DNA of 64,000 nucleotides, taken from assembly GCA_036267075.1 (NCBI GenBank), contig DATAWT010000042.1, positions 4,529 through 68,528 on the forward strand, written 5' to 3'. Position numbers and translations under genes: made by a program. This document shows, piece after piece, positions 27,134 to 36,915 of this stretch. Position 1 is the stretch's first letter, and each line of letters opens with the position of its first letter. The DNA is from Solirubrobacteraceae bacterium (GTDB lineage: Bacteria; Actinomycetota; Thermoleophilia; Solirubrobacterales; Solirubrobacteraceae). Below the pieces are notes generated by a model, which was not told the origin of the DNA, made no database searches, and saw only the letters and a program-made list of their open reading frames with translations.

Positions 27134-28102
27134 GTGCGTCGAGGTTGGATCACCGCGACGGCGGCGCTGGTCGCTGCCCTGCTCGTATCGCCTACGGCCG
27201 GTGCGGCCGACGGCGCCTGTGGCTCCCTGACCTCATCGGTGACCCAGGCGGTTGACGCCCAGGTGATCTCGAACATCTATGCCAACGAGCTGTCCGGACG
27301 CGAGGTCAGCCAGGATCTCGCGCAGATCGCGGCCGCGCCCGACCTGCTGGCGGGCGTCGCCGCAGATGCCCCGGCGGCAACCTTCAAAGCCGTCAAGCGC
27401 ATCGTCTACCACCACGGCTGGCACATCGTTCGCCTGCGCGTTCTCGATGCCTCGGGGAAGCTGCTCGCCGACTTCGGCGGCCCGTTCGTGGTTGCGCCGG
27501 TGCGCGGGATCCTGCGGTCGGCGAGCGGCGCCAAGATCGGCAGCTTCGTGATGTCCGTGCAGGACGACGCCGGCATCGCCAAGCTCGAGAACCGCTTCGT
27601 CGGCGACGCGGTGGCGGTCTACTACAACACCCACCCGGTCGTTGAGGTCGGCGGGGTCTTCTTCCCTCGCGCCATGCCGCGCGGCACCGCGCTGACCGTA
27701 CGCGGCGTTCGCTACACCGTCCAGAAGCTGACCTACAACGCTTTCCCGACCGGCACGCTGACGATGGTCATCCTCGTTCCCCCCGTCTCAAGCGCCGTCG
27801 CTTCCGAGCCGTGCGCGACGGTTCGCACCGGCGAGTTCGGCCGCGTCGCACGCCGCCTGACGACGCTGCTGGGCCCGATCACGCAGCACTACTACGGCTA
27901 CACCTACTGGGTTCACCTCTACACGGGTGCCGCGGTCTACGTGCGCAATCCCGACGGCTCGCAGATCGCCTCAAGCGACGGAACCGATCCCGACGACCTG
28001 CCGATCGCTGGGGCCGCCACGGTCAACGGGCAGAGCTACCTCGTTTTCTCCTTCGAACCGAAGCCGCCGGTTCGCGTGTACCTGCTCGTGGCGCCGGCCT
28101 GA
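27134..28102 (+). CDS. Hypothetical secreted protein
   Basis: A GTG start gives VRRGWITATAALVAALLVSPTAGAADG, a signal peptide. GC3 is high. I recognise no family. Confidence 0.6.
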   Translation: MRRGWITATAALVAALLVSPTAGAADGACGSLTSSVTQAVDAQVISNIYANELSGREVSQDLAQIAAAPDLLAGVAADAPAATFKAVKRIVYHHGWHIVRLRVLDASGKLLADFGGPFVVAPVRGILRSASGAKIGSFVMSVQDDAGIAKLENRFVGDAVAVYYNTHPVVEVGGVFFPRAMPRGTALTVRGVRYTVQKLTYNAFPTGTLTMVILVPPVSSAVASEPCATVRTGEFGRVARRLTTLLGPITQHYYGYTYWVHLYTGAAVYVRNPDGSQIASSDGTDPDDLPIAGAATVNGQSYLVFSFEPKPPVRVYLLVAPA

Positions 28103-29327
28103 TCGAGACGCTGACCGGCCGCGTGCTGCACGGGTAGCCGTTGCAGTCCTGCGGCGCCGCGGCGCCGTCGCCGAGATCGCCGAACCAGTCGGCACCCCAG
28201 CAGCGCACCGTCCCGCCGGCGAGCAGCGCGCAGGTGTGATCGCCGCCCGCCGCGACTGCCACCACGTGTGAGAGCGACGCGGTGGCGACGGGCGTCTTCG
28301 CGCAGCGCACGAGCTGCCAGTAACAGGTCTGCGGGCCGCCGCTCTGGCCGTCACCGAGCTGGCCGTAGGAGTTGTAGCCCCAGCACTCGAGCGCGCCCGC
28401 GGCGATCGCGCAGGTGTGGTCGCCGCCGGCGGAGATCGCCGACGCGCCGGCCAGCCCCTCGACGGCCACCGCATGGGCGCTGCACCAGCCACCGCTGCTG
28501 CACACTGCCGGGCCGCTGCTCGTCCCGATCCCGAGCTCGGCCGCGAAGTTGTAGCCCCAGCACTCGACCGTCCCGCCGGCGAGGATCGCGCATGTGTGGT
28601 CGTCGCCGGCGGCGATCGCGACCGCCCCGCTGACGCCCGCGACGGCGACCGCGGTGCGCGAGCACGCCTCCCCGCCGCAGCTCTGCGGCCCGACGCTCGT
28701 GCCGGTCCCGAGCTGGCCATAGCCGTTTGCGCCCCAGCAGCGCACCGAGCCGCCGGAGATCAGCGCGCAGGAGTGCTGGCCGCCGGCCGCGACCGCGATC
28801 GCCGCCCGGACTCCGGCGACCGTTGCCGCACCGCCGCGTGCGGCGCCGCCGAGCTGCCCGGCGCCGTCCGCTCCCCAGCATTCGACGCCACCGCTCGCAA
28901 GCAGCGCGCAGGCGTGGTCTGCGCCGACCGAGACCGAGACGGCGCCCGAGACCCCCTCGATCGCCGCGGCGCTGGCTCCCCGCCCGGCGCCCCAGCAGTC
29001 GACCGACCCGCCGGTCAGCACGGCGCACGTCTGGTCGCCGCCGGCGGCGATCGCGATCGCGCCGCGCAGGCCGCGCACCCGCACCGGTGCGGTTGAGCAT
29101 GCGCTTCCGTCGCAGTTCTGTGGCCCGCGCAGCGTGCCATCGCCGAGCTGGCCGTCACCGTTGGCGCCCCAGCATTCGACGCTCCCCCCGGTGAGCAGGG
29201 CGCAACTGTGGTCTGAGCCGGCCGCGATCGCGGTGACCGCCGGAGCAGACGCCGCGATGCCGAGCGGCGCGCTGCAGAGCAGCAGCACGAGCGCGATGGC
29301 GGCCGCGGTCAGCGTCGATGTACGCAC
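28023..29327 (-). CDS. Secreted RCC1-repeat (beta-propeller) protein
   Basis: The GTG start (V117 of track ORF 28023..29675) gives the signal VRTSTLTAAAIALVLLLCSAPLGIAASA. It is followed by seven repeats of the form AAG..H.CA.L..G.V.CWG.N..GQLG.G. Confidence 0.82.
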   Translation of the reverse strand: MRTSTLTAAAIALVLLLCSAPLGIAASAPAVTAIAAGSDHSCALLTGGSVECWGANGDGQLGDGTLRGPQNCDGSACSTAPVRVRGLRGAIAIAAGGDQTCAVLTGGSVDCWGAGRGASAAAIEGVSGAVSVSVGADHACALLASGGVECWGADGAGQLGGAARGGAATVAGVRAAIAVAAGGQHSCALISGGSVRCWGANGYGQLGTGTSVGPQSCGGEACSRTAVAVAGVSGAVAIAAGDDHTCAILAGGTVECWGYNFAAELGIGTSSGPAVCSSGGWCSAHAVAVEGLAGASAISAGGDHTCAIAAGALECWGYNSYGQLGDGQSGGPQTCYWQLVRCAKTPVATASLSHVVAVAAGGDHTCALLAGGTVRCWGADWFGDLGDGAAAPQDCNGYPCSTRPVSVSIRPAPRAGTREPAASVRRRKRGSSAR

Positions 29328-29411
29328 GGCTGCAATTGTGGATGCTCGCTCACCCGCCCGGTCTGGTGGAATGTGGGCAGTGGCTGCTCGACACCGCCTC
29401 ACGCAGGCGCG

Positions 29412-30890
29412 ATGAGTCGCACCCTCCGCCGGATGATCGGCGCCTCCGTGCTGATCGTCGCCCTGACGTGCGTCGCTCTTTCGACCGCCGCGATCGAGAC
29501 CGTCGGGACGGTCGGCGACCTCCTCGGCAAGGGCGGCTACGTCAAGTCGACCGAGCTTCAACCGGTCGGTGCCGACTCGCCGACGACGTTCCTGATCCTC
29601 GGCTCCGACCAGCGCGACAAGGGCGCCGTCGATTACACGAACTTCGGACGCAGCGACACGATTCTCCTCGTCCACCTCGATCCGAGCTCAGGCCTCTGGA
29701 GTGAGATGTCGATCCCGCGCGACTTCTACGTCCACTGGAAGTGGAAGCGCAACACCTACGACACCAAGATCAACGAGGCCTTCTCGATCGGTGGCGTCAA
29801 GGCGTCGCTGCACGTCGTCAAGGACCTTCTGCAGATGCCGATCAACTACGTCGTCGACATCGACTTCAGCGCGTTCGATGCGATCGTCGACAAACTCGGC
29901 TGCGTATACGTCGACGTCGACCACCTCTATTACAACCCGCCAGGCGACGGCTACGCGTCGATCAACGTCCGGTCCGGCTATCAGCGGCTGTGCGGTCAGC
30001 ACGCGCTCGACTACGTCCGCTACCGCCACGACGACAGTACCTTCGCGCGCGACGCCCGCGAACAGGCCTTCCTGCGAGACGCCAAGCAGCAGCTCGGCCT
30101 GAGCGGCCTGCTCGGGCACGCGCAGGACATCGTCAACGCCCTGGCGGGCGGGATAACCTCCAATCTCCCACGCGGCTCGGCTGCTCTGACGGGGCTGCTC
30201 GAGACCGTGGTCGACTCCGTCAGCGGCCCGGTCAACCAGATCCAGTTCCCCAACCAGCCGCTCGTCCTCCCCGACGGCGAGGATGACCAGACGGCCTCGC
30301 GCAGCCAGATCCGCTCCGTTGTCGCGCAGTTCCTGCAGCCGAGCGTCGCGCCGCCGCAGGTCGCCGGGATCGTCGCCGCCGCGCGGCGCGCCACGCGCCA
30401 TCACCACCACGCGCACGGCTCCTCCGCGCACGGCGCGTTCGTCCCGTCGGCGCCGCATCTGATCGCCACGAACTCGGGCGTCGCCACGGAGGCCCAGACG
30501 CTTTCGCCGAACGTCAGCTTCCCGGTCGTCGTGCCGTCGCTCTCACTCGACACCGCCACGCTCGCCCAGTCCGACTTCGATCCCTTCTCCCATTACGCGG
30601 TGCGTGACCCGCAGGGGCATCTCCACTACGGCTACCGGATCGTCTTTTCGACCGGTGACGTCGCGTCCTACTACGGCATCGAGGGCATGAACTGGACGAA
30701 CCCGCCGCTCTTCGCCCACGCCGATCATGTGCACGTCGACGGCGTCAACTACCTCTACGTCAACACCGGCGGCAAGGTCCAGGATGTCGGCTGGATCTCG
30801 CACGGCGCGCTCTACTGGATCAGCAACACGATCTTCCAGAACCTCACAAACGCCCAGATGTTCGCGCTCGCCGAGTCGGCCGCGGACTGA
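29412..30890 (+). CDS. LytR-CpsA-Psr (LCP) family cell-envelope phosphotransferase with a long C-terminal extension
   Basis: N-terminal TM, then [10 protein letters not shown]...[12 protein letters not shown]...SIPRD...INEAF...VDIDFSAF...ALDYVRYRH...D..R..RQQ-like REQAFL. Confidence 0.82.
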   Translation: MSRTLRRMIGASVLIVALTCVALSTAAIETVGTVGDLLGKGGYVKSTELQPVGADSPTTFLILGSDQRDKGAVDYTNFGRSDTILLVHLDPSSGLWSEMSIPRDFYVHWKWKRNTYDTKINEAFSIGGVKASLHVVKDLLQMPINYVVDIDFSAFDAIVDKLGCVYVDVDHLYYNPPGDGYASINVRSGYQRLCGQHALDYVRYRHDDSTFARDAREQAFLRDAKQQLGLSGLLGHAQDIVNALAGGITSNLPRGSAALTGLLETVVDSVSGPVNQIQFPNQPLVLPDGEDDQTASRSQIRSVVAQFLQPSVAPPQVAGIVAAARRATRHHHHAHGSSAHGAFVPSAPHLIATNSGVATEAQTLSPNVSFPVVVPSLSLDTATLAQSDFDPFSHYAVRDPQGHLHYGYRIVFSTGDVASYYGIEGMNWTNPPLFAHADHVHVDGVNYLYVNTGGKVQDVGWISHGALYWISNTIFQNLTNAQMFALAESAAD

Positions 30891-30901
30891 ACGCAGGCGC
30901 G

Positions 30902-32383
30902 ATGACGCGCTTCGTCGCCGCCATCGACCAGGGCACGACGAGCACGCGCTGCGCGCTGGTGGGCCGCGATGGGCAGATCGCGGCGCTCGCCCGGCGCGAG
31001 CACGAGCAGATCACCCCGCGGCCCGGCTGGGTCGAACACGACCCGCGCGCGATCCTTGCCAACGCGCTCGAAACGATCGAGCAAGCGCTGCGCGAGGCAG
31101 CGGCGAGCGCCGCCGACGTCGTCGCCGTGGGGATCGCCAACCAGCGCGAGACAACCGTTGTCTGGGAGCGCGAAACCGGCGAGCCGATCGCGAACGCGAT
31201 CGTCTGGCAGGACACGCGTACCGCCGCGCGCCTCCACGAGCTCGCCGCCGACGGCGGGGCAGAGCGGTTGCGCGAGCGCACCGGGCTCCCGCTGTCGACC
31301 TACTTCTCAGGGCCCAAGGCGTCCTGGCTGCTTGACTCGATCCCCGGCGCGCGAGCACGCGGCGAGTCCGGTGAGCTCGCCTTCGGGACGATCGATGCCT
31401 GGCTCGCGACGCATCTGGCCGGCGTGCACGCGACCGACGTGACGAACGCCAGCCGGACGCTGCTGATGGATCTCGAGACGCTCGACTGGCACGAGCCGGC
31501 GCTTGAGCTGCTCGGCGTTCCGCGGGCGATGCTGCCCGCGATCGGTGCGTCCTCAGAGGTGATCGGCGAGGTCGCCGTCGGCGCGCTGGCCGGCTGTCCC
31601 CTCGCAGGGATCCTCGGCGACCAGCAGGCTGCGCTGTTCGGGCAGCGCTGCTTTGACTCAGGCGACGCCAAGAACACCTACGGCACGGGATCGTTCCTGC
31701 TCGTCAACACCGGCGAGCGGATCGTCCGCTCGCCGGCGCTACTGACGAGCGTCGCCTACCGCCTCGCCGGCGCCGCGGCGGTCTATGCGCTCGAAGGGTC
31801 GGTGGCGGTCGCCGGCGGTCTCGTTCAGTGGCTGCGCGACCAGCTTGGAATCATCGCCTCGGCCGCGGAGATCGAGTCGCTCGCGCGCGGCGTTCCCGAC
31901 AACGGCGGCGTCTACATCGTCCCGGCGTTCGCGGGCCTCTTCGCGCCGCACTGGCGCGACGACGCGCGCGGGGTGATCGTCGGGCTGACCGCGCACGCCG
32001 GCCGCGGGCAGCTCGCTCGTGCGGCGCTTGAGGCGGTCGCCTGGCAGACGCGCGACGTCGTCGAGGCCGTCGAGCAGGCGACCGGCGCGCCGCTCGCGCA
32101 GCTGCGCGTCGACGGCGGGATGACCGAGAACGAGCTGCTGATGCAGATCCAGGCCGACGTCCTCGCTACGCCGGTGCTGCGGCCGCAGATCAGCGAGACG
32201 ACGGTGCTCGGCGCCGCATTCGCCGCGGGCCTCGCGACTGGGTTCTGGTCGGGCCTTGATGAGCTGCGGTCGCTCGCAACGGCCGAGCGCCGCTACGACC
32301 CGGCGGCGCCGCGCGCCCGAATCGAGCGCGAGCACGCGCGCTGGCGGGCGGCACTCGAGCGCTCACTCGGCTGGGAAGCCTGA
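30902..32383 (+). CDS. glpK: Glycerol kinase
   Basis: [10 protein letters not shown]...GWVEHDP...[13 protein letters not shown]...IVWQDTRT...[10 protein letters not shown]...KNTYGTG. It is a full-length FGGY kinase with GlpK-specific motifs. Confidence 0.93.
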   Translation: MTRFVAAIDQGTTSTRCALVGRDGQIAALARREHEQITPRPGWVEHDPRAILANALETIEQALREAAASAADVVAVGIANQRETTVVWERETGEPIANAIVWQDTRTAARLHELAADGGAERLRERTGLPLSTYFSGPKASWLLDSIPGARARGESGELAFGTIDAWLATHLAGVHATDVTNASRTLLMDLETLDWHEPALELLGVPRAMLPAIGASSEVIGEVAVGALAGCPLAGILGDQQAALFGQRCFDSGDAKNTYGTGSFLLVNTGERIVRSPALLTSVAYRLAGAAAVYALEGSVAVAGGLVQWLRDQLGIIASAAEIESLARGVPDNGGVYIVPAFAGLFAPHWRDDARGVIVGLTAHAGRGQLARAALEAVAWQTRDVVEAVEQATGAPLAQLRVDGGMTENELLMQIQADVLATPVLRPQISETTVLGAAFAAGLATGFWSGLDELRSLATAERRYDPAAPRARIEREHARWRAALERSLGWEA

Positions 32384-32384
32384 A

Positions 32385-32561
32385 TCAGGCGCCGGCCGGC
32401 ATGCAGCGCGCGTGGTAGAGCGAGGTCTGCGAACTTCGCAACTCGGGCTCCGCGGCGATCGAGGTCTCGCGAACACCGTGCCCGTCGCGCACCGCGATCG
32501 GCTCGTAGACGCCGAGCACCTCGCCGCAGTGTGCGCATCGCAGCGGGCGGTCATCGCTCAT
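32385..32561 (-). CDS. Small CxxC...HxxC protein (putative zinc-ribbon-like); paralog of 53213..53425
   Basis: MSDDRPLRCAHCGEVLGVYEPIAV...SLYHARC. It shares LRC..CGE.L..YEP...(L/M)(Y/W)H..C with the second copy. Start taken at M8 of the track ORF. Confidence 0.55.
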   Translation of the reverse strand: MSDDRPLRCAHCGEVLGVYEPIAVRDGHGVRETSIAAEPELRSSQTSLYHARCMPAGA

Positions 32562-32701
32562 CGCGGCCGATCGAGGCTCCACTCAAAGATCCGGCTGCTG
32601 CCGCCCTGCCGCACCGTCGCGCTCCTTCCAACGCTGGTTTGGCCCGCACTACCCTCGCCGCGGGCATCCCCAAACGCGCCGGGCGATAGGCTCGCGCCGC
32701 G

Positions 32702-33640
32702 GTGAGCGGCGTTCATTCGATCCACGAGCTGCGCGGTGACGCCTACAACGCGGTCTGGGACAACTCGATCGAGCCCGCGCTCGAGGTGGCCGATGGCGAC
32801 GTCGTCGAGCTCCACGCGCGCGACTCCTCGGACGGTCAGCTGACGCCCGACTCGACGGCGGCCGACGTCGTCGGGATGGACTTCAGCCGCGTCAACCCCG
32901 TCAGCGGGCCGGTCTACGTCAAGGGCGCGAAGCCCGGCGACACCCTCGCCGTCGAGTTGCTCGAGTTCCGCCCCCCCGACTGGGGCTGGACGGCGATCAT
33001 TCCGCGGACCATCGGCCTGCTCGCAGACGACTTCCCCGAGGCCTGGCTGGCGATCTCTGAGATCGACGCGCGGCGTAAGGAGATCCGCTTCGGCGGCCGC
33101 GCGACGCTGCCGCTGCGGCCGTTCTCTGGCAACCTCGGCGTCGCTCCGGCCGAGCCCGGGGCGCACTCGGTGATCCCGCCGCGGCGCTGGGGCGGGAACC
33201 TCGACATCAAGCACCTCGGAGCCGGAGCGACGCTCTATCTGCCGGTCGGCGTCGAGGGTGCGCTGTTCTCACTCGGCGACACGCACGCCGCTCAGGGCGA
33301 CGGCGAGGTCTGCGGCACGGCGATCGAGGCGGCGATGGACGTCGTCGTGCGTCTCAGCGTGCGCCGCGACATGCCGATCGCGGCACCGCAGTACGAGCTG
33401 CCGAAGGCGTCGGCCCCGCCGCCGAGCGCGTTCCACGTCTGCACGGGCGTCGGCCCCGATCTGCTCGAGGCGGCACGCGACGCGATCCGCGCGATGATCG
33501 ATCACCTAGAGCGGCGCCACGGCCTCGACACCCAGCTCGCCTACGCGCTCTCGAGCGTCGCCGTCGACCTGCGCATCCACGAGGTCGTCGACGCGCCCAA
33601 CTGGGTCGTCGGCGCGTTCCTGCCCGAGGGGATCCTCTAG
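32702..33640 (+). CDS. Acetamidase/formamidase family protein
   Basis: NPVSGPVYVKGAKPGDTLAVE...GGNLDIKHLGAGATLYLPV...GDTHAAQGDGEVCGTAIE. Confidence 0.85.
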   Translation: MSGVHSIHELRGDAYNAVWDNSIEPALEVADGDVVELHARDSSDGQLTPDSTAADVVGMDFSRVNPVSGPVYVKGAKPGDTLAVELLEFRPPDWGWTAIIPRTIGLLADDFPEAWLAISEIDARRKEIRFGGRATLPLRPFSGNLGVAPAEPGAHSVIPPRRWGGNLDIKHLGAGATLYLPVGVEGALFSLGDTHAAQGDGEVCGTAIEAAMDVVVRLSVRRDMPIAAPQYELPKASAPPPSAFHVCTGVGPDLLEAARDAIRAMIDHLERRHGLDTQLAYALSSVAVDLRIHEVVDAPNWVVGAFLPEGIL

Positions 33641-34590
33641 GAGACGGCGTCGGGGGCGGGCTGCGCGGCGATGATCTCGCGCAGCTGCGCACCGACGCGC
33701 TCGACCGCGCGGTTGCCGGTCTGGAACGCGTTGACGAAGGAGAAGAAGCCGTGCGGCTGGTCGTCGTAGCGGTGCACGCTGACCTCGACGCCCGCGGCCG
33801 ACAGCGCCTCGGCGTAGCTGACGCCCTCGTCGCGGAGCGGGTCGTACTCGGCGATCACGACTATCGCCGGCGGTAGACGCGAGAGGTCGCCGGCGCGAAG
33901 CGGCGCGGCATCGGGGTGCGCGCGATCGGCGAGGTCCGGAAGGTAGTGGCCGATGAACCACTCCATCTCGCGCCTTCCGAGCATCAGCGTCTCATCGGCG
34001 CCGTGCGTCAGATAGGAGGTCGTGCTCGTGTCGGTGTCGACGACCGGATAGACGAGGACCTGCGCCGCGAGCGTCGGCCCGCCCCGGTCGCGGGCGCGCA
34101 GGGCGCAGACCGCCGCCATGTTCCCGCCCGCTGAATCCCCGCCGATCACAAGCGGCCCCTGCTCACGCTCGGCGGCCCACAGCAGCGCGTCCCAGCAGTC
34201 ATCGACCGGCACCGGGAAGGGATGCTCGGGGGCGACGCGGTAGTCGACGCTGATCACGGTCGCCCGCGCGGTGTCGGCGAGGATCCGGCACATCGCGTCG
34301 CTGACCGCGATTCCGTCGATCACCCAGCCGCCGCCGTGCAGCCAGACGAGCGTCCCGAGCGCGCCCGACGGGCGGTAGCGGCGCGCGGCGATCCTCGTCC
34401 CGTCGCCGACCTCGATCTCAAGCTCGGCGACATCCTCGACATCGGGGCCGGCGCCGATCAGCTCGGCGATTGCGGCGCTGCCCTGCCGGGTCTCCTGCGG
34501 GCTGACCTCCCAGATGTGCGGGCGGCCGCTCTCTGCAAGCGAGCGGTAGAAGGCAACGGCGTCGGGGTGCAGGCCCATCGCGACGCGCAC
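33637..34590 (-). CDS. Alpha/beta hydrolase, hormone-sensitive-lipase-like esterase
   Basis: HGGGW oxyanion motif and the GDSAGG nucleophile elbow. Confidence 0.85.
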   Translation of the reverse strand: MRVAMGLHPDAVAFYRSLAESGRPHIWEVSPQETRQGSAAIAELIGAGPDVEDVAELEIEVGDGTRIAARRYRPSGALGTLVWLHGGGWVIDGIAVSDAMCRILADTARATVISVDYRVAPEHPFPVPVDDCWDALLWAAEREQGPLVIGGDSAGGNMAAVCALRARDRGGPTLAAQVLVYPVVDTDTSTTSYLTHGADETLMLGRREMEWFIGHYLPDLADRAHPDAAPLRAGDLSRLPPAIVVIAEYDPLRDEGVSYAEALSAAGVEVSVHRYDDQPHGFFSFVNAFQTGNRAVERVGAQLREIIAAQPAPDAVS

Positions 34591-34622
34591 TCTAGCGCCG
34601 ACGGCGCGAGGGGTCGAGGAAC

Positions 34623-34934
34623 CTAGGCGGCGTAGTCCTCGCCGCCGATGATGTGCAGCGAGACGTAGGGTTCATCGCCCAGCACCCAGCTGTCGTGGCC
34701 GGGCGGGATATAGAAGAGGTCGCCGGCGCGCATCACGATCTCGCTGCCGTCCTCCATCGCCGCGACGGCGGCGCCGCTTTGGACGAGCCCGACGTGCTCG
34801 ATCTGGCAGAGGCGCTCTCCGCTCGCCGCCCCGACGTGCTCAGACCACCGCCAGCCCGGCTCGTAGGTGGCGCGGCCGATCGTCGCCGGGCCGACGCGGT
34901 AGATCTCAAAGCGCCCCTTCGGGAAGGTGCGCAC
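34623..34934 (-). CDS. Cupin-domain protein
   Basis: 103 aa with a cupin core (EHVGLVQSG...GDLFYIPPGHD). Confidence 0.72.
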   Translation of the reverse strand: MRTFPKGRFEIYRVGPATIGRATYEPGWRWSEHVGAASGERLCQIEHVGLVQSGAAVAAMEDGSEIVMRAGDLFYIPPGHDSWVLGDEPYVSLHIIGGEDYAA

Positions 34935-35048
34935 CTGCGTCGGCTCGGCGAGGTTGAGGAGCTCGGGATCGATGCGGGCGATTATGCCAACGAAAAAGCG
35001 CCGCCCTCTAGGCGGCGCCTCTCCGGCAATCTGAAGCGCCGGCGCGCG

Positions 35049-35765
35049 CTAGGCCGCGTGGACCTCGCCGCGGTCGTGCGCTGAGACCTCGACATCGAAG
35101 GCGACGCCACGGGGGACGATCAGGACGCTCGAGGTAGCGGTCTCGACGACGTAGGAGTGGGCGGCCGAGAGGCTGACGCGACCCTCGGGCGTTCCCGGGC
35201 GCGAGCCGATCACAAGCAGGTCAAGCCCCTCCTTGGAGGGCAGCGCGAGCGGGGCGCCGCTGCGCGCGGCAAGGCCCTCGGCGGTGATCCGCGCGGCCTC
35301 GTCGACCTCGCCTCCGGCGAGCGCGACGCTGCTCAGTGCGCGCTGCGGCTGCTCGCGCAGGCCGGCGCTTGCGATCGCGACGGAGACCGGGCCGCCCTCG
35401 ATCAGGCGGGCGGCCGAGCGGCCCGGCTGAACATGCCCCGGTGTCGTGTGCCAGTCCGAGCCGAAGACGATCAGGTCGGCGTTCTCGCGCTGCGCGAGCA
35501 GGGCGAGCCCTTCGCCGGTCGAGCCGCTGAGGACGACGTGCCGGGCGACCTCGGGGTGGCCGAGCCACTGCGCGCCGCGCTCGAGGAGCTCCTCGGCATG
35601 GTCCTGTGCAGCGGCCTCGGCGGCCGGATCGGTCTCGGTCGCGTGACGCACATAGGCGAGTGACACGCGCGCGCCGGCATCGCCCAGGATGCGGCCGAGC
35701 GCGAGGGCGTCGGTGTCGTTGTCGGTCCCGTCGTAGGAGATGATCACGTGGGTCTGCATAGCCAT
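35049..35765 (-). CDS. Universal stress protein (tandem Usp-like)
   Basis: MQTHVIISYDGTDND...ADLIVFGS... and a second half with LLVIGSRPG...VLIVP. Confidence 0.72.
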   Translation of the reverse strand: MAMQTHVIISYDGTDNDTDALALGRILGDAGARVSLAYVRHATETDPAAEAAAQDHAEELLERGAQWLGHPEVARHVVLSGSTGEGLALLAQRENADLIVFGSDWHTTPGHVQPGRSAARLIEGGPVSVAIASAGLREQPQRALSSVALAGGEVDEAARITAEGLAARSGAPLALPSKEGLDLLVIGSRPGTPEGRVSLSAAHSYVVETATSSVLIVPRGVAFDVEVSAHDRGEVHAA

Positions 35766-35909
35766 CCCTCTTAGAAGTCGTTCACCGGGTCCGAGTCGGC
35801 GCGACGGCGGTCGTCGCGAAGACCGGGATAGTGGTTATCTGCGTTCAGTATCGGCCTCCTACGCCATTACTACAAGTACAGTTAGTGATACGCGATATAA
35901 GTTGAGCTA

Positions 35910-36833
35910 ATGCTAAACGTCAACCGACTGCGAATCCTCAGCGAGGTCGCGAGCCGCGGCTCCTTCTCCGCCGCCGCCGACGCGCTCTCCTACACCCAGT
36001 CCGCCGTCTCGCAGCAGATCGCGGCGCTCGAGGCCGAGACCGGGGTGACGCTGCTCGAGCGGCTCCCGCGCGGCGTGCGCCTCACGCCGGCCGGCCAGGT
36101 CCTGCTCGAATACGCGGAGGGGATCCTCGCCCGCCTGCACGCCGCGGAGGCCGAGATGGCCGCGATCGCCGGGCTGCGCGGCGGCCAGCTGCGGATGGCG
36201 TCCTTCCCGACCGCCGGGGCGACGCTGATGCCGCTGGCGATCGCGATCTTCCGCGCCCAGCATCCGGAGGTCGAGCTGACGCTCGCCGAGGGCGAGCCCG
36301 AGGACATCGCCCCGCGCCTGTCGGCGGGCGAGTTCGACCTCGCGCTGCTGTTCGAGTTCGAGGGCACGAGCGACTCGCTGGGGCCGGAGATCGGGCGGCT
36401 GGCGCTGTTCGAGGACCCGATGTTCCTCGCCCTTCCGGCCGACCATCCGCTCGCGCAGCGCCCGGCGCTGCGCCTCGAGGACCTGCGCACCGAGGCGTGG
36501 ATCCAGACCTCGGCCGCGAGCGCCTGCGCGCGCCACGTCGTGCGCTCCTGCCACGCTGCCGGCTTCGAGCCGATCGTGTCGTTTGAGAGCGACGACTACC
36601 AGACCGTGCAGGGGCTGGTCGCCGCCGGCGTGGGGGTGTCGCTGATCCCGAGGCTCGCTCTGTCGGGGAGCCGCGACGACATCGCGATCCGCGCGCTCTC
36701 GCCGCGCAATCCCGTCCGCGACGTGATCGCCGCGACGCCCGAGGGGACGCGCCTCACCGCGGCCGCGGCGGCGATGCGCCAGATCCTCGGCGACACCGCG
36801 CAGCGCTTCGCCGGCCCCGAGGCGATCATCTAG
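35910..36833 (+). CDS. LysR-family transcriptional regulator
   Basis: HTH LRILSEVASRGSFSAAADALSYTQSAVSQQIAALE plus a LysR substrate-binding domain. A comparatively AT-rich 144-nt divergent intergenic region lies upstream (35766-35909). Confidence 0.88.
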   Translation: MLNVNRLRILSEVASRGSFSAAADALSYTQSAVSQQIAALEAETGVTLLERLPRGVRLTPAGQVLLEYAEGILARLHAAEAEMAAIAGLRGGQLRMASFPTAGATLMPLAIAIFRAQHPEVELTLAEGEPEDIAPRLSAGEFDLALLFEFEGTSDSLGPEIGRLALFEDPMFLALPADHPLAQRPALRLEDLRTEAWIQTSAASACARHVVRSCHAAGFEPIVSFESDDYQTVQGLVAAGVGVSLIPRLALSGSRDDIAIRALSPRNPVRDVIAATPEGTRLTAAAAAMRQILGDTAQRFAGPEAII

Positions 36834-36915
36834 AAAGCGGCGCCGGGCGGCTCTGCCCGGAGCGTGCGGCGCCGCTCCGATCCGAACCGCCGTCCGCCCG
36901 CCGCTCGCTGGCCCG

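Noticed and set aside
28100-29250. Periodic DNA repeats that could be mistaken for a repeat array or CRISPR-like structure.
   Set aside because: The periodicity corresponds exactly to the seven RCC1 blades of one continuous ORF. The repeats are imperfect, there are no unique spacers, and no cas genes are present.
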